The notes below the pieces were generated by a model. The model made no database searches and was not told where the DNA came from. It saw only the letters and a list, made by a program, of their open reading frames with translations. From contig MHWB01000011.1 in NCBI GenBank assembly GCA_001823925.1, forward strand, positions 25,471 to 89,470: 64,000 nt of DNA, given 5' to 3'. The stretch comes from Candidatus Zambryskibacteria bacterium RIFCSPLOWO2_01_FULL_39_39. GTDB lineage: Bacteria; Patescibacteriota; Minisyncoccia; Phycocordibacterales; WO2-35-19. This document shows, one piece after another, positions 27,663 to 36,950 of this stretch. The stretch's first letter is position 1. The number at the start of each line of letters is the position of its first letter. The translations under genes were made by a program, and so were the position numbers.

Positions 27663-27848
27663 GCCTTGTCTTCTGCTACACCACCCATTGAATACTCGCA
27701 GGGTTGAATCGAATTCGGAGCATTGTATTCTAAACTCCATAACAAAGCGCACCAACTATTTCTTTTTTTGAAGCCGACAAGTATCGTCGGCTTTGAATCG
27801 CCACCCCAAGAGTTACCCAAAGATGCCAGCGTGTTCAAAAACATAATA

Positions 27849-27878
27849 CCCCCTCGCACGAACTTGGTGCAAGGGGGC
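27849..27878. other. GC hairpin ccccctcgcac-gaacttg-gtgcaaggggg ~35 bp downstream of VR2 (minus sense)
   Basis: 10-bp stem with one mismatch. Confidence 0.5.
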
Positions 27879-27903
27879 ATAGGAACAAAGTTTCCGAAAG
27901 GGA

Positions 27904-28602
27904 TCAGAGGGTCTTGTTGCGAAAGAAGAAGCGATCCTCGGTATCCCACTCAGAGTCGTGGGCGAGGCGGCGCACGCTCACGCCCCACTGCCCGCCGCCG
28001 CGGTCCGCGCTGACAACCGAGACACTTGGTTCTTCACCTTCATTCTCGGCCTTCTCCTCCACGAAAAAGAAGTTGGCATAACCGTTGGTCCGAAGATCAA
28101 CGTCCTGTCCACCTTCTTGTTGCTCAATCAGAGTTTCGATGGTGGGTAGCGTTGTAACACAGCCCCGTTCCCTGAGAGTCTTAGCGAGCATTGGGATGTC
28201 GCCCGTAACCCCGAGGAAACTTTCAACGGCTTGCTTGAAAGTCGCTGGCGTGTTTAGTCGTTGGACGGAGAACTTGCTCTCCGGCTGAATTGACTGATCC
28301 TCCGGAAGCCATCCGTCCAGATCGGCGTCGCGGTAGCAATACCGCGTTTTGTCGATGAAGCAGTCGGCAGTCTTTTTCGCTCCCACAATCGCAACCTTGA
28401 CGGTCGCAACCAGCGAGAGAACCGATTTTACGACGATCTCAGCCGTTCCCTCGATAACCATCCTAACACGGGACAGAACATCCTCTTCGCACAAACTTTT
28501 GATTTGGCCATTGGTCCAATGACCACGCCGAAACGCGGCTTTCAGTTCTCCGGCCTGATCAACATCGAGCATCAAATTACTCATGGTTGTCTCCTTTTGC
28601 AA
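27904..28602 (-). CDS. DGR variable target protein 2; VR at the C-terminus; GC-rich; no signal peptide
   Basis: 232 aa; the C-terminal ~37 codons are VR2. Confidence 0.75.
   Translation of the reverse strand: MQKETTMSNLMLDVDQAGELKAAFRRGHWTNGQIKSLCEEDVLSRVRMVIEGTAEIVVKSVLSLVATVKVAIVGAKKTADCFIDKTRYCYRDADLDGWLPEDQSIQPESKFSVQRLNTPATFKQAVESFLGVTGDIPMLAKTLRERGCVTTLPTIETLIEQQEGGQDVDLRTNGYANFFFVEEKAENEGEEPSVSVVSADRGGGQWGVSVRRLAHDSEWDTEDRFFFRNKTL
27915..28027 (-). repeat. DGR variable repeat VR2
   Basis: Pairs with TR2; VVSADRGGGQWGVSVRRLAHDSEWDTEDRFFFRN versus the N-rich TR translation. Confidence 0.8.
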
Positions 28603-28708
28603 CGGTGTTCTCTAGAACATTGTTACAACTTTCTAACTCTTATTATACAGCCAAAACACCTATTTTGTCAACCAAAATGATAAAAGTGGCTTAAAATAAG
28701 AGTTTTAT

Positions 28709-29200
28709 TCACAACAAAGAGTACAAAACCACCCCGACGCAGACCGAGACGTTGAGAGACTCTTTCCCCCCAAACATCGGAAGCTCTGCGACCATATCAC
28801 AAAGTTTCAAATCTTCTTTTGAAAGCCCCTCCACTTCGTTCCCAAAAACAAAAGCTAGATTCTGGATTTTAGATTCTAGAATCTTGTTTTTTAAAAGCCT
28901 ATAATCCAAAGATTTTTTACTTTGCTCTATTCCTACAATTTTAAATCCCTCTTCTTTTAACTTTAAACTGGTCTCTTCCAGACTCTCTACTTTTTCCCAC
29001 TTTACAAACTTTTCTGCCCCCAAAGAAGCCTTAGTCAAACCTTTATTTTCTCTCCCAAACCTATCAACTGGAGATGGGGTGTACCCCACCAAAATTATTT
29101 TTGATACAGAAGTGGCGTCGCAAGTCCGAAATATAGAGCCCACGTTTTCATTACTCCTTATATTATTCAATATGACAACTCTGTTTATATTTTTTGTCAT
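28709..29200 (-). CDS. SpoU/TrmH-family RNA 2'-O-methyltransferase
   Basis: 163 aa; SPOUT layout; NVGSIFRTCDA and GNEVEGL motifs. Confidence 0.75.
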   Translation of the reverse strand: MTKNINRVVILNNIRSNENVGSIFRTCDATSVSKIILVGYTPSPVDRFGRENKGLTKASLGAEKFVKWEKVESLEETSLKLKEEGFKIVGIEQSKKSLDYRLLKNKILESKIQNLAFVFGNEVEGLSKEDLKLCDMVAELPMFGGKESLNVSVCVGVVLYSLL

Positions 29201-29218
29201 ACTTGCTATACTACACTT

Positions 29219-29623
29219 ATGTTAAATCCATTTCCAGACTTACTCACCTATTCGCTTTTGGCGCCTCTTATATTACGAGTGGTCGCTGGCCTCTTATTTA
29301 TAAATTTAGGTTTGTTAGCTTTTAAGAACGAGAAGGTGGTATGGTTTACTTCCCTTTCTTTTCTGAAAGTTCCAAATCCAAAATTGGCGGTAAAGATATT
29401 TGGGGGAATTGAAATAATTGGTGGCGCAATGTTTATTTTAGGATTTTACACTCAAGTTGTAGCTCTCATCTTGGGACTTCTCACTTTTGCAGAGGCCTAT
29501 GTTGAATACAAAGATCCGGCTATTTTAAAAAGAAATTTTGTTTTTTATATAATGCTTCTTGCCATTATCACCTCCCTCCTCCTCTCCGGCGCCGGCGCCT
29601 TCGCAATTGATTTGCCTTTGTAA
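29219..29623 (+). CDS. DoxX-family membrane protein
   Basis: 134 aa; four TM segments in the DoxX-like pattern. Confidence 0.6.
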   Translation: MLNPFPDLLTYSLLAPLILRVVAGLLFINLGLLAFKNEKVVWFTSLSFLKVPNPKLAVKIFGGIEIIGGAMFILGFYTQVVALILGLLTFAEAYVEYKDPAILKRNFVFYIMLLAIITSLLLSGAGAFAIDLPL

Positions 29624-29718
29624 CTACTGTGGTCACGGATAATTTCGTTCTCAGTCAAAACTAAATTTCCGCGATCCCACCTCACCCGTTTTGCTTGCTA
29701 ACAAAACATGGCTGTGGC

Positions 29719-29770
29719 TCGCACACGTACGAAAAAATCCCAAGCAGTTGGGATTTTTTCGTACGTGTGC
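29719..29770. other. 24-bp perfect inverted repeat (loop gcag) overlapping the 3' end of tRNA-Lys
   Basis: cgcacacgtacgaaaaaatcccaa / ttgggattttttcgtacgtgtgcg. Confidence 0.85.
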
Positions 29771-29840
29771 GCCCGGAAGGAATCGAACCTTCGACCATCT
29801 CCTTAAAAGGGAGCTGCTCTACCGACTGAGCTACGGGCGC
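29767..29840 (-). tRNA. tRNA-Lys (anticodon TTT)
   Basis: Manual cloverleaf on the minus strand: gcgcccgtagctcagtcggtagagc...cttttaa...ggttcgattcc. Confidence 0.8.
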
Positions 29841-29895
29841 GATAAACAGCAGAAAATATAACATATAATCCTAAAAATAAAAACTTATACAAAAC

Positions 29896-29950
29896 AAAAG
29901 CTCCGCGCCTGTTGTTATGTTGTTTACATAAATGGCGCGGAGCTTTTTAT
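29896..29950. terminator. 13-bp-stem hairpin (aaagctccgcgcc ... ggcgcggagcttt) with flanking T/A runs; bidirectional terminator-like, in a 318-bp noncoding region
   Basis: Read directly. Confidence 0.5.
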
Positions 29951-30158
29951 TAAATTATTAAGTTGTGTGTTGTTTTATTTCTTTGTCTTTAATCCGCCCC
30001 GTCGGGGCGGGGCCCTAGAGAAACAAACACTTATAGCTATAGAAACTTCTGTATTTTGCATAGTTTTAAATTATTGCTAATACACTCCATATGACCTATG
30101 ATTATGTGGTAAGGTTACGATGTAACATTTCTATTAGATTAATGGTCATAGTAACTGT

Positions 30159-30695
30159 ATGAGTGACGAAGAAGTATTAAAACTTTCATATAAAAAACCC
30201 CACCATTTTGGCGAGCTCTTCAATCGTCACAACAAACGATTTTTAAAAATCGCCCAAAGAGCCCTTAGGTCAAAAGATGACGCCGAGGATGTAGTGCAAG
30301 AAACTTTTGTAAAAATTTATAAATATGGCAAAAAATTTCCTTCCAATGGTGGCAAGTTCATACCATGGGCCAATACCATCCTTCGAAACTGTATCGGTGA
30401 TCAAATAAATAAATATAAAAATAAAACCTTGGCAATAAATGAGGAAATTGAAAATACTGCGGTAGACTTCATGTCAATAGAAAACTCTTTTGGAAATGTT
30501 AGTTATGTTCAATTTATTTTAAACAAGATAGACGGCGCCGCTGCAGAAATAATAAATTTACGATATATTTTAGGTAAATCATTTAAAGAAATCGCCAAGA
30601 TCTTAAGTATCAAAAACAGCACCGCCAGAGTGAGGATCTACAGGTCCAAAAAAATATTTACCGAGGCTTACAAGCAATACAACAACTATGAATAG
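30159..30695 (+). CDS. RNA polymerase sigma factor, ECF (sigma-70 family group 4)
   Basis: Region 2/4 pattern: DAEDVVQETFVKIY ... LRYILGKSFKEIAKILS. Confidence 0.7.
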   Translation: MSDEEVLKLSYKKPHHFGELFNRHNKRFLKIAQRALRSKDDAEDVVQETFVKIYKYGKKFPSNGGKFIPWANTILRNCIGDQINKYKNKTLAINEEIENTAVDFMSIENSFGNVSYVQFILNKIDGAAAEIINLRYILGKSFKEIAKILSIKNSTARVRIYRSKKIFTEAYKQYNNYE

Positions 30696-31023
30696 TAATT
30701 TAAAAAGAAGAATAATGGCTCGTATTTATTTTGAATATACAAAAAATACTTTCTTGGAGTATCCAGATTATTTTATGTTTGCGTTATTTATAATAACTTC
30801 TTTTATGCTTATCTCTATAAGCGATGTTTTGACCAATATACCAAAAGATAGTTTTCCTCATGCCTTTAACTTTTTCGTAATCGCCCTTAGAAACACTAGT
30901 TTGATTATGCAAATATTAATAGCTGGATTTTTTATTCGAGTAGTCGTTGGTGGAGCAATACTTACTTATAAAACCATAAACACTAAGTGGCCAATAACTA
31001 AACTAATAAGGCTTAGATACTAA
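30688..31023 (+). CDS. Putative membrane anti-sigma factor
   Basis: Overlaps the sigma gene stop; TM helices. Confidence 0.35.
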   Translation: MNSNLKRRIMARIYFEYTKNTFLEYPDYFMFALFIITSFMLISISDVLTNIPKDSFPHAFNFFVIALRNTSLIMQILIAGFFIRVVVGGAILTYKTINTKWPITKLIRLRY

Positions 31024-31462
31024 GAAGAGTTTTTTCTATCGCTATATCTAATTCACTACCGCTTTCCATACGAGAGAGGTGATATATTTCTACAAGTTTT
31101 GTGTAAAATTTATTAAGATCTTCATGTTTCCAATTTTTAAGATCTTTTTTTGATTTATTGTATGGGTAGTCTTTCATATTCAAGTCTTCTTTGGTTGCCC
31201 CCATATTTACAAACGCCAGATCTCTTACTTTACTTACTATTTTATGTATTATTTCTTCGGCTTCTATTCCGGCAAATCTCAGTTTTTCATATTCTAACCA
31301 TATCTTTTTTATATTTTTTTCTCCTATTGCATCTTGCAGAGCAAACGGACTAAAAGTATAGACTCTTTCTTTTTTGGTTTGGTCATTATTTTCCAACCCT
31401 TCTGTTTCTTCGGGATTTTGACTAAAAATTTCCTGAAATTCTTCAAACAAATTATCTTGCAT
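31013..31462 (-). CDS. Hypothetical protein
   Basis: 149 aa; plausible composition. Confidence 0.35.
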   Translation of the reverse strand: MQDNLFEEFQEIFSQNPEETEGLENNDQTKKERVYTFSPFALQDAIGEKNIKKIWLEYEKLRFAGIEAEEIIHKIVSKVRDLAFVNMGATKEDLNMKDYPYNKSKKDLKNWKHEDLNKFYTKLVEIYHLSRMESGSELDIAIEKTLLSI

Positions 31463-31463
31463 A

Positions 31464-33833
31464 TTATTTTAAATTACCCCAATTTTCCCCCACACTACTA
31501 TTTACAACAATGGGTACCCCCAGCGTCTCCTCCTTTGTTAATGCACTCTCCATAATTAATTTTATTTGGGGTACTACTTTTTCTAAAATATCGCTATCAA
31601 TTTCATAGACAATTTCATCGTGTATCTGAAGTATTAAATTTATTTTTTCTCCTAATTTTTCTTCCTCCAAATAATTATTAACGTCCCTCATAGCAATTTT
31701 TGTAAGATCTGCAGAGGTACCTTGTATGGGAGCGTTCACAGCCATTCTCTCCGCAGCCGCTCTGATAAAAGGTATTTTGGATTTTATACCTTCAAAGTAT
31801 CTGCGTCTACCAAAAAATGTTTTGGTATATCCCAGCCTGTTTGCATCAATTTTGGTCTGATCTAGATAATTAGAAAGTCCAGAAAAAGTTTCAAAATATT
31901 TATTATAAAATTCTTGAGCAGTCTTCCTGTCTGTCCCAAGGTTACCTTGCAGAGCGCTTACCCCCATTCCATAGAGTATGCCGAAGTTTATAACCTTGGC
32001 CCCCCTTCTCATCTCCTTACTCACCTCTTTTTCTTCTACCCCATAAACTTCTGCCGCAACAGCAGAGTGGACATCTTTGCCACTCTTAAATATTTCTATA
32101 AGTTTCTCATCTTTTGAAAGAAAGGCAGCGATACGAAGCTCCACTTGAGAGTAATCAAAAGCGACCAAGCTCTTGCCTTTGTCAGAGACAAAAGCATCTC
32201 TTATCAGCCGCCCCCTATCTGTGCCTATGGGAATATTTTGTAGGTTAGGATTTTGAGAAGCCATCCTGCCCGTAGTGCTTCCTGCCAAAACAAACCTTGC
32301 GTGTAGTTTATTATCTTTGTCCACTAAATTTTGTATTGGTTCTAGATAAGTTGAGAGAAGTTTAGAGAGCTCTCTGTATTCCAAAATAAGAGGGATGATA
32401 AGGTGAGTATCTTTTAGCTTTTCTAATTCAGACTCTCTGGTGGACCTTGCGCCTCCGGAAGTCTTTTTCAAATTCTTTACAAAAAGCCCCATCTTATCAA
32501 AAAGTATTTCACCAAGCTGTTTTGGAGAAGAAATATTGAATTCTACTCCAGCTTGCTTCCATATATTTTTTTCTATTTTTGAGAGTTCTTTTTTGTATTT
32601 ATCAGCAAGCTTCTTTATAAGTTCTATATCTACCAAGACACCATGCTTTTGCATTTTATTTACCACGGGGATCAAAGGCTTTTCTATTTTTTCAAATACA
32701 TCCTCACTCTCCCTCCTTTTCAATTCTTCAAATATAACCTTCTTTGCTTCTTTAAAATTTCTTGTATTTGCGAAGTTTAAAATATCTTCTAATTTAGGAT
32801 CTGTAATATTGGAATCTGCCACCCAAAGAGCTAGGGAGACTTCTTCTAGCTCTCTTTCGTCTATATTTTCTTCCTGTTTTTCTTCTACAATTTCTCTGCC
32901 ATTTTTCTTCAATACTTCCTGAAGTTTGCCCGACATAGTCCTAAACTGCAGTTCCCCAAAAAGCTTCTGCGCATTTTCTAAATTTATTCCCTCTTTCCAA
33001 CTCTTCTTCGGCATTTCAAAGTCTATAGGAGCATCCCTTCTTATTGTTGCAAGCATTTCGCTAAACCTTGCTTCTTCTTCACCTTCCTTGAGCAACTCCA
33101 CAATTCTTTTCTTTATACCTTTTTTTATAAAAACATCTTTGTTCTTTTTTAAAGTTTTGTATATCTCTTCAATACTTCCAAAATTTACAATTAGTTCTGT
33201 CGCCGACTTTTCTCCTATACCTTCTATGCCTATTATATTATCCGACGGATCGCCCCGAAGCCCTTTGAAACTTGGTAAAAGTTTTGGGAGGAAACTAAAC
33301 CTTTCCAAAACAGCCTTTTCATCATAAAGTATTGTGTCGTTCAAACCCTTTTTTAAGGTGTAGACCATTACCCTGTTATCATCAACAAGTTGCATGGTAT
33401 CCATGTCTCCCGAAGCAATTATTATTTCCAAGTCTTTTTTTAATTTTTCTTTAAGCTCTTCTACAATAGTGCCTAAAATATCGTCCGCTTCAAATCCGGG
33501 ATGAGAATATGTAGGAATACCCAAAGCGGTACAAACTTCTTTGGACTTTTCCATTTGAGAAACTAATTCCGGGTCAGACTTAGCTCTGCCGGCTTTGTAA
33601 TTCTCATAAACCTCATGCCTATAGGTAGGTTTGGGCAAATCATAACAAGCAATTATATAGTCTGGTTTTAGATCCGTTGCTATCTTAAGTATCATAGTCG
33701 CAAGACCATAGAGAGCCCCCGTAGGCTGGCCGCTACTGGTCGCAAAGTCAGGCAGGGCGTGGTATGCCCTATGCAATATTGCGTGTGCATCAAGCAATAC
33801 TAATCTTTCTTTGGTTTTCTCCGGTTTTGCCAT
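31464..33833 (-). CDS. polA: DNA polymerase I (5'-3' exonuclease plus polymerase domains)
   Basis: N-terminal 5'-nuclease motifs; pol motif RRGAKVINFGILYGMG. Confidence 0.9.
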   Translation of the reverse strand: MAKPEKTKERLVLLDAHAILHRAYHALPDFATSSGQPTGALYGLATMILKIATDLKPDYIIACYDLPKPTYRHEVYENYKAGRAKSDPELVSQMEKSKEVCTALGIPTYSHPGFEADDILGTIVEELKEKLKKDLEIIIASGDMDTMQLVDDNRVMVYTLKKGLNDTILYDEKAVLERFSFLPKLLPSFKGLRGDPSDNIIGIEGIGEKSATELIVNFGSIEEIYKTLKKNKDVFIKKGIKKRIVELLKEGEEEARFSEMLATIRRDAPIDFEMPKKSWKEGINLENAQKLFGELQFRTMSGKLQEVLKKNGREIVEEKQEENIDERELEEVSLALWVADSNITDPKLEDILNFANTRNFKEAKKVIFEELKRRESEDVFEKIEKPLIPVVNKMQKHGVLVDIELIKKLADKYKKELSKIEKNIWKQAGVEFNISSPKQLGEILFDKMGLFVKNLKKTSGGARSTRESELEKLKDTHLIIPLILEYRELSKLLSTYLEPIQNLVDKDNKLHARFVLAGSTTGRMASQNPNLQNIPIGTDRGRLIRDAFVSDKGKSLVAFDYSQVELRIAAFLSKDEKLIEIFKSGKDVHSAVAAEVYGVEEKEVSKEMRRGAKVINFGILYGMGVSALQGNLGTDRKTAQEFYNKYFETFSGLSNYLDQTKIDANRLGYTKTFFGRRRYFEGIKSKIPFIRAAAERMAVNAPIQGTSADLTKIAMRDVNNYLEEEKLGEKINLILQIHDEIVYEIDSDILEKVVPQIKLIMESALTKEETLGVPIVVNSSVGENWGNLK

Positions 33834-34284
33834 GCTCGAATTTTACCACAATATGTGGAGGCATTATACCGGCAATTTGCTCAGGCCATTCTACAAAAAC
33901 AAGGTTTTGGGGGTCAGAAATTATCTCCTGCCAGCCTAAATTTATCATCTCTTCTTCTTTTTCTATGCGGTAGGCGTCGATATGAATGAGATTCTCGACC
34001 TCACCCCCCAACCCCCTCCCCTTGACAAGGGGAGGGGGAGAAGAAAACGGAAGTTTTCTTGGGGGTGAGGTCTTATAAATTTTCATAATAACAAAAGTGG
34101 GGCTTTGGATTGTTTCTTTTACACCAAAACTCTCGGCCAAATATTTCATAAAAGTAGTCTTGCCACTCCCCAATTCTCCATATAACCCAACCACTAGCGC
34201 AGAATCGGTTTTAGGTTTTAATTTTTGGGAAAAGTCGGTCGCTATTTGAGCTGTTTCTGAAACGTTTTTAGATAAAAATTCCAT
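33790..34284 (-). CDS. tsaE: tRNA t6A biosynthesis protein TsaE (YjeE ATPase) carrying an in-frame GC-rich palindromic element
   Basis: LYGELGSGKTTF P-loop, SPTF, HIDAYR; extra SPPRKLPFSSPPPLVKGRGLGGEV segment. Confidence 0.8.
   Translation of the reverse strand: MEFLSKNVSETAQIATDFSQKLKPKTDSALVVGLYGELGSGKTTFMKYLAESFGVKETIQSPTFVIMKIYKTSPPRKLPFSSPPPLVKGRGLGGEVENLIHIDAYRIEKEEEMINLGWQEIISDPQNLVFVEWPEQIAGIMPPHIVVKFEHGKTGENQRKISIA
33997..34072. mobile_element. GC-rich TIR-bounded palindromic element (copy A), inside the tsaE coding sequence in frame
   Basis: TIR gacctcaccccc / gggggtgaggtc enclosing hairpins ccccctcccc-ttgacaa-ggggaggggg and agaaaac-gg-gttttct. Confidence 0.7.
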
Positions 34285-34327
34285 AAAATGATTTTAACAT
34301 ATAAAAAGGTGGGGATTTCTCCCCACT

Positions 34328-34801
34328 CTAATACACTCCGCGTGGTCCGCGGAGATAATCAATTTCCCAAAAGTCAGTTCGCCACTGACCATCGGTGTAG
34401 ATGTAGAAACTTCTTGATGCTGTGCCTGCATATTGGCCGGGCGTACAGCCAGCAGTCCTTGTATCAGACTCCGGTGGTGTCGACGGACAAATCCCTCGGA
34501 CAGTGATGACGACATCACGTCGCCCGAGAAAGTTGTAATACCCCCGAGAAACAGTGTTTCCCGACGGTAACACCACACCATGCCACTGTCCGTCCGGCCC
34601 CTTAATTGAAATTGGCTGTCCATTCTCAAAGACCTCCAGTGGCACGTTTGTGTTGTTGGTCAACACAACAGTCAAAATTGGCGGTGTTGCCAAAGAAGAC
34701 AACCTTCCCCAACCACCACCGCCACCTTGGGTCGTGGCACACCCGCCCGCCAAAACGGCGAGTAAGGTGGCCACAAAAGCCAACAAAATGTTCGTTTTCA
34801 T
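34328..34801 (-). CDS. Lipoprotein (signal peptide plus LAGGC lipobox); GC-rich compositional island
   Basis: MKTNILLAFVATLLAVLAGGCATT; GC content clearly above the flanks. Confidence 0.55.
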   Translation of the reverse strand: MKTNILLAFVATLLAVLAGGCATTQGGGGGWGRLSSLATPPILTVVLTNNTNVPLEVFENGQPISIKGPDGQWHGVVLPSGNTVSRGYYNFLGRRDVVITVRGICPSTPPESDTRTAGCTPGQYAGTASRSFYIYTDGQWRTDFWEIDYLRGPRGVY

Positions 34802-34938
34802 AGAACCAGTCTCCTACCCTCTATTATAGCATACTCTGTTTTAAAATGCAATAGCCATTTAAAATTTCAAAATGTAGCGATTAATCGCTACAAATTACAA
34901 CACACACCAAAGTGTCAAAGGGCGCCTTTGACACTTAT

Positions 34939-34977
34939 TCCCTCTCCTGCTTCTAGGATAGAGGTTGGGGGTGAGGT
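34939..34977. repeat. Half copy (copy E) of the GC-rich element: hairpin ccctctcc-tgcttcta-ggatagagg plus TIR gggggtgaggt
   Basis: Matches the 3' half of copy D. Confidence 0.5.
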
Positions 34978-34988
34978 ATAATAAACTC

Positions 34989-36668
34989 ATGACCATCAAA
35001 TTTAATGAGGACAAACAGCAACAGAAACTTGAGGAGCTCCGAGAGAGCGAAGAAGAAAGCTTGGCCCAAGTGATGTCCCAAAAATACGGACTACCCTATA
35101 TTGACCTTGGTGTTACCCCCATCAATATTGACGCACTGCGAGTAGTCAAGGAGCCAGAGGCTAGAGAAGCAGAGGTGGCTCCTTTTAATATCATTAATAA
35201 AAAGGTTTCGCTAGCCATTATTTCTCCAAATAATAACAAAACTGTCGCCTTGATTGATAATTTGAAGGATCGGGGCTATTTACCCTCTCTTTTTATGGTC
35301 TCTCATCAAAGCCTAGAGAAAATATGGGATCGCTATAAAGATTTATCCTATTCGATGGAGACAAAAGGTGGAGCGCTTGATATTGAAAACGAGGAAATCC
35401 AAGATTTAGTAAAAAAAGTAAAAAGTGGGGACGATATAAAAAATTCTATTGAAATAGTTTTGGCCCAAAAGAAAAGTTATCGTATCTCAAGAATATTAGA
35501 AATAATACTGGCCGGAGCCATTTCTATCAACGCTTCCGATATTCATCTTGAGCCGGAAGAGAACGCGGTGAGACTACGGTATCGACTGGATGGAGTTTTA
35601 AATGATATTTTAAATATTGACAAAGATACCTTTGGGCTTTTGCTCTCTCGTATAAAACTTATTTCCAATCTTAAATTAAATATTAAAGGTAAGGCGCAAG
35701 ATGGTCGCTTTAGTATAAAACTTGGTGATATAGAAATTGAAATCCGAACTTCCCTTTTACCGGGTGGCTACGGAGAATCAGTGGTTTTAAGAGTTTTAAA
35801 TCCAAACGCTATTTCCGTACCTTTGGAAGAACTCGGTATAAATGAAAAGCTGCTTGACATTATCCTCAAAGAGCTCCGGAAACCAAATGGTATGATTTTA
35901 AATACCGGTCCGACTGGTAGTGGTAAAACCACGACTCTTTATGCATTTTTAAAGAAAATCTATACCCCAGAAATAAAAATAATCACAATCGAGAACCCAA
36001 TTGAATATCACCTGAAAGGTATTGTACAAACTCAAGTGGAGGAAGAAAAGGGTTATACTTTTTTGGAGGGTTTGCGAAGCGCCTTGCGTCAAGATCCGGA
36101 TGTCATCATGGTTGGTGAAATCCGCGACGAAGAGACGGCCGAGATTGCCATAAATTCGGCTTTGACGGGACACCTTGTGTTCTCTACCTTGCACACCAAC
36201 AATGCGGCTGGCACCTTCCCTAGACTCATTGATTTGGGGGTTAATTCAAAAGTTATCACTTCCGCCATCAATATCGCTATGGCCCAAAGATTGTTGCGAA
36301 GACTTTGCAACAAATGTAAAAAGAAGGCCGAACTAGGAGAAAAAGAAAATGAGTTAATAAAAGTTATTACCAATGGTATTGTAGATAAAAAATATTTGGC
36401 TGGGCTAGATTTTAACAATATTTATGAAGCGGTGGGTTGTAAAGAGTGTAATTTCACTGGCTTTAAGGGTAGAACCGGTATTTATGAGGCTATCCTCACT
36501 GATGAAAAAATAGAATCTCTTGTTAAAGAAAATCCAAGCGAAAGAGAAATAAACAAAGCGAGCCAAGATCAAGGGATTTTAAATATGAAACAAGATGGGG
36601 TCATCAAAATACTTCAAGGCATCACTTCTGTGGATGAATTGAGGCGTGTGATTGATTTGGAGGAATAA
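34989..36668 (+). CDS. pilB: Type IV pilus assembly ATPase PilB (GspE family). The ORF track begins at 34965 inside the repeat; ATG 34989 is the more likely start.
   Basis: LNTGPTGSGKTTTLYAFL Walker A; GspE N-terminal domain; tetracysteine motif CNKC...CKEC. Confidence 0.85.
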   Translation: MTIKFNEDKQQQKLEELRESEEESLAQVMSQKYGLPYIDLGVTPINIDALRVVKEPEAREAEVAPFNIINKKVSLAIISPNNNKTVALIDNLKDRGYLPSLFMVSHQSLEKIWDRYKDLSYSMETKGGALDIENEEIQDLVKKVKSGDDIKNSIEIVLAQKKSYRISRILEIILAGAISINASDIHLEPEENAVRLRYRLDGVLNDILNIDKDTFGLLLSRIKLISNLKLNIKGKAQDGRFSIKLGDIEIEIRTSLLPGGYGESVVLRVLNPNAISVPLEELGINEKLLDIILKELRKPNGMILNTGPTGSGKTTTLYAFLKKIYTPEIKIITIENPIEYHLKGIVQTQVEEEKGYTFLEGLRSALRQDPDVIMVGEIRDEETAEIAINSALTGHLVFSTLHTNNAAGTFPRLIDLGVNSKVITSAINIAMAQRLLRRLCNKCKKKAELGEKENELIKVITNGIVDKKYLAGLDFNNIYEAVGCKECNFTGFKGRTGIYEAILTDEKIESLVKENPSEREINKASQDQGILNMKQDGVIKILQGITSVDELRRVIDLEE

Positions 36669-36950
36669 ATTTATTCTAAAATTAAAGTTATACACAAAAT
36701 AAATTGCTCGGAATTTGTTTTTGTGAATAATGGACTTAGAGAGATCCGAAAAATTAGGGATACAAATCTCTAAGCGGCACTTTCAATATTTAAACCGAAA
36801 GCAAAACATTATTCTGAGGAAAGAGCTAGTGGTCCCTCCCGAAAGATGGTACCGGCACTTCCTTGATTTAATGTCAAAATCCTATTGCTAGGACCGCCGC
36901 TTAGAGATTTATACCTCCAATTAAATTCAAATTCACCCAGAGTATATCAT

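Noticed and set aside
29682-29864. 60-aa ORF on - overlapping tRNA-Lys and the 24-bp hairpin
   Set aside because: Spurious; it is covered by the tRNA and the structured flank.
34294-34629. 111-aa minus ORF overlapping the lipoprotein gene in another frame
   Set aside because: The 34328-34801 frame starts with a signal peptide and lipobox. This frame is a GC-rich shadow ORF.
34965-34988. ORF-track start of pilB at 34965 (MGVRYNKL...)
   Set aside because: That start lies inside the GC-rich repeat copy E. ATG 34989 (MTIKFNE) is more plausible. This changes only the N-terminus.
36885-36950. N-terminal 22-codon extension of ruvB in the ORF track
   Set aside because: The conserved RuvB N-terminus begins at MAQNMS (36951). 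The extension overlaps a structured noncoding region.
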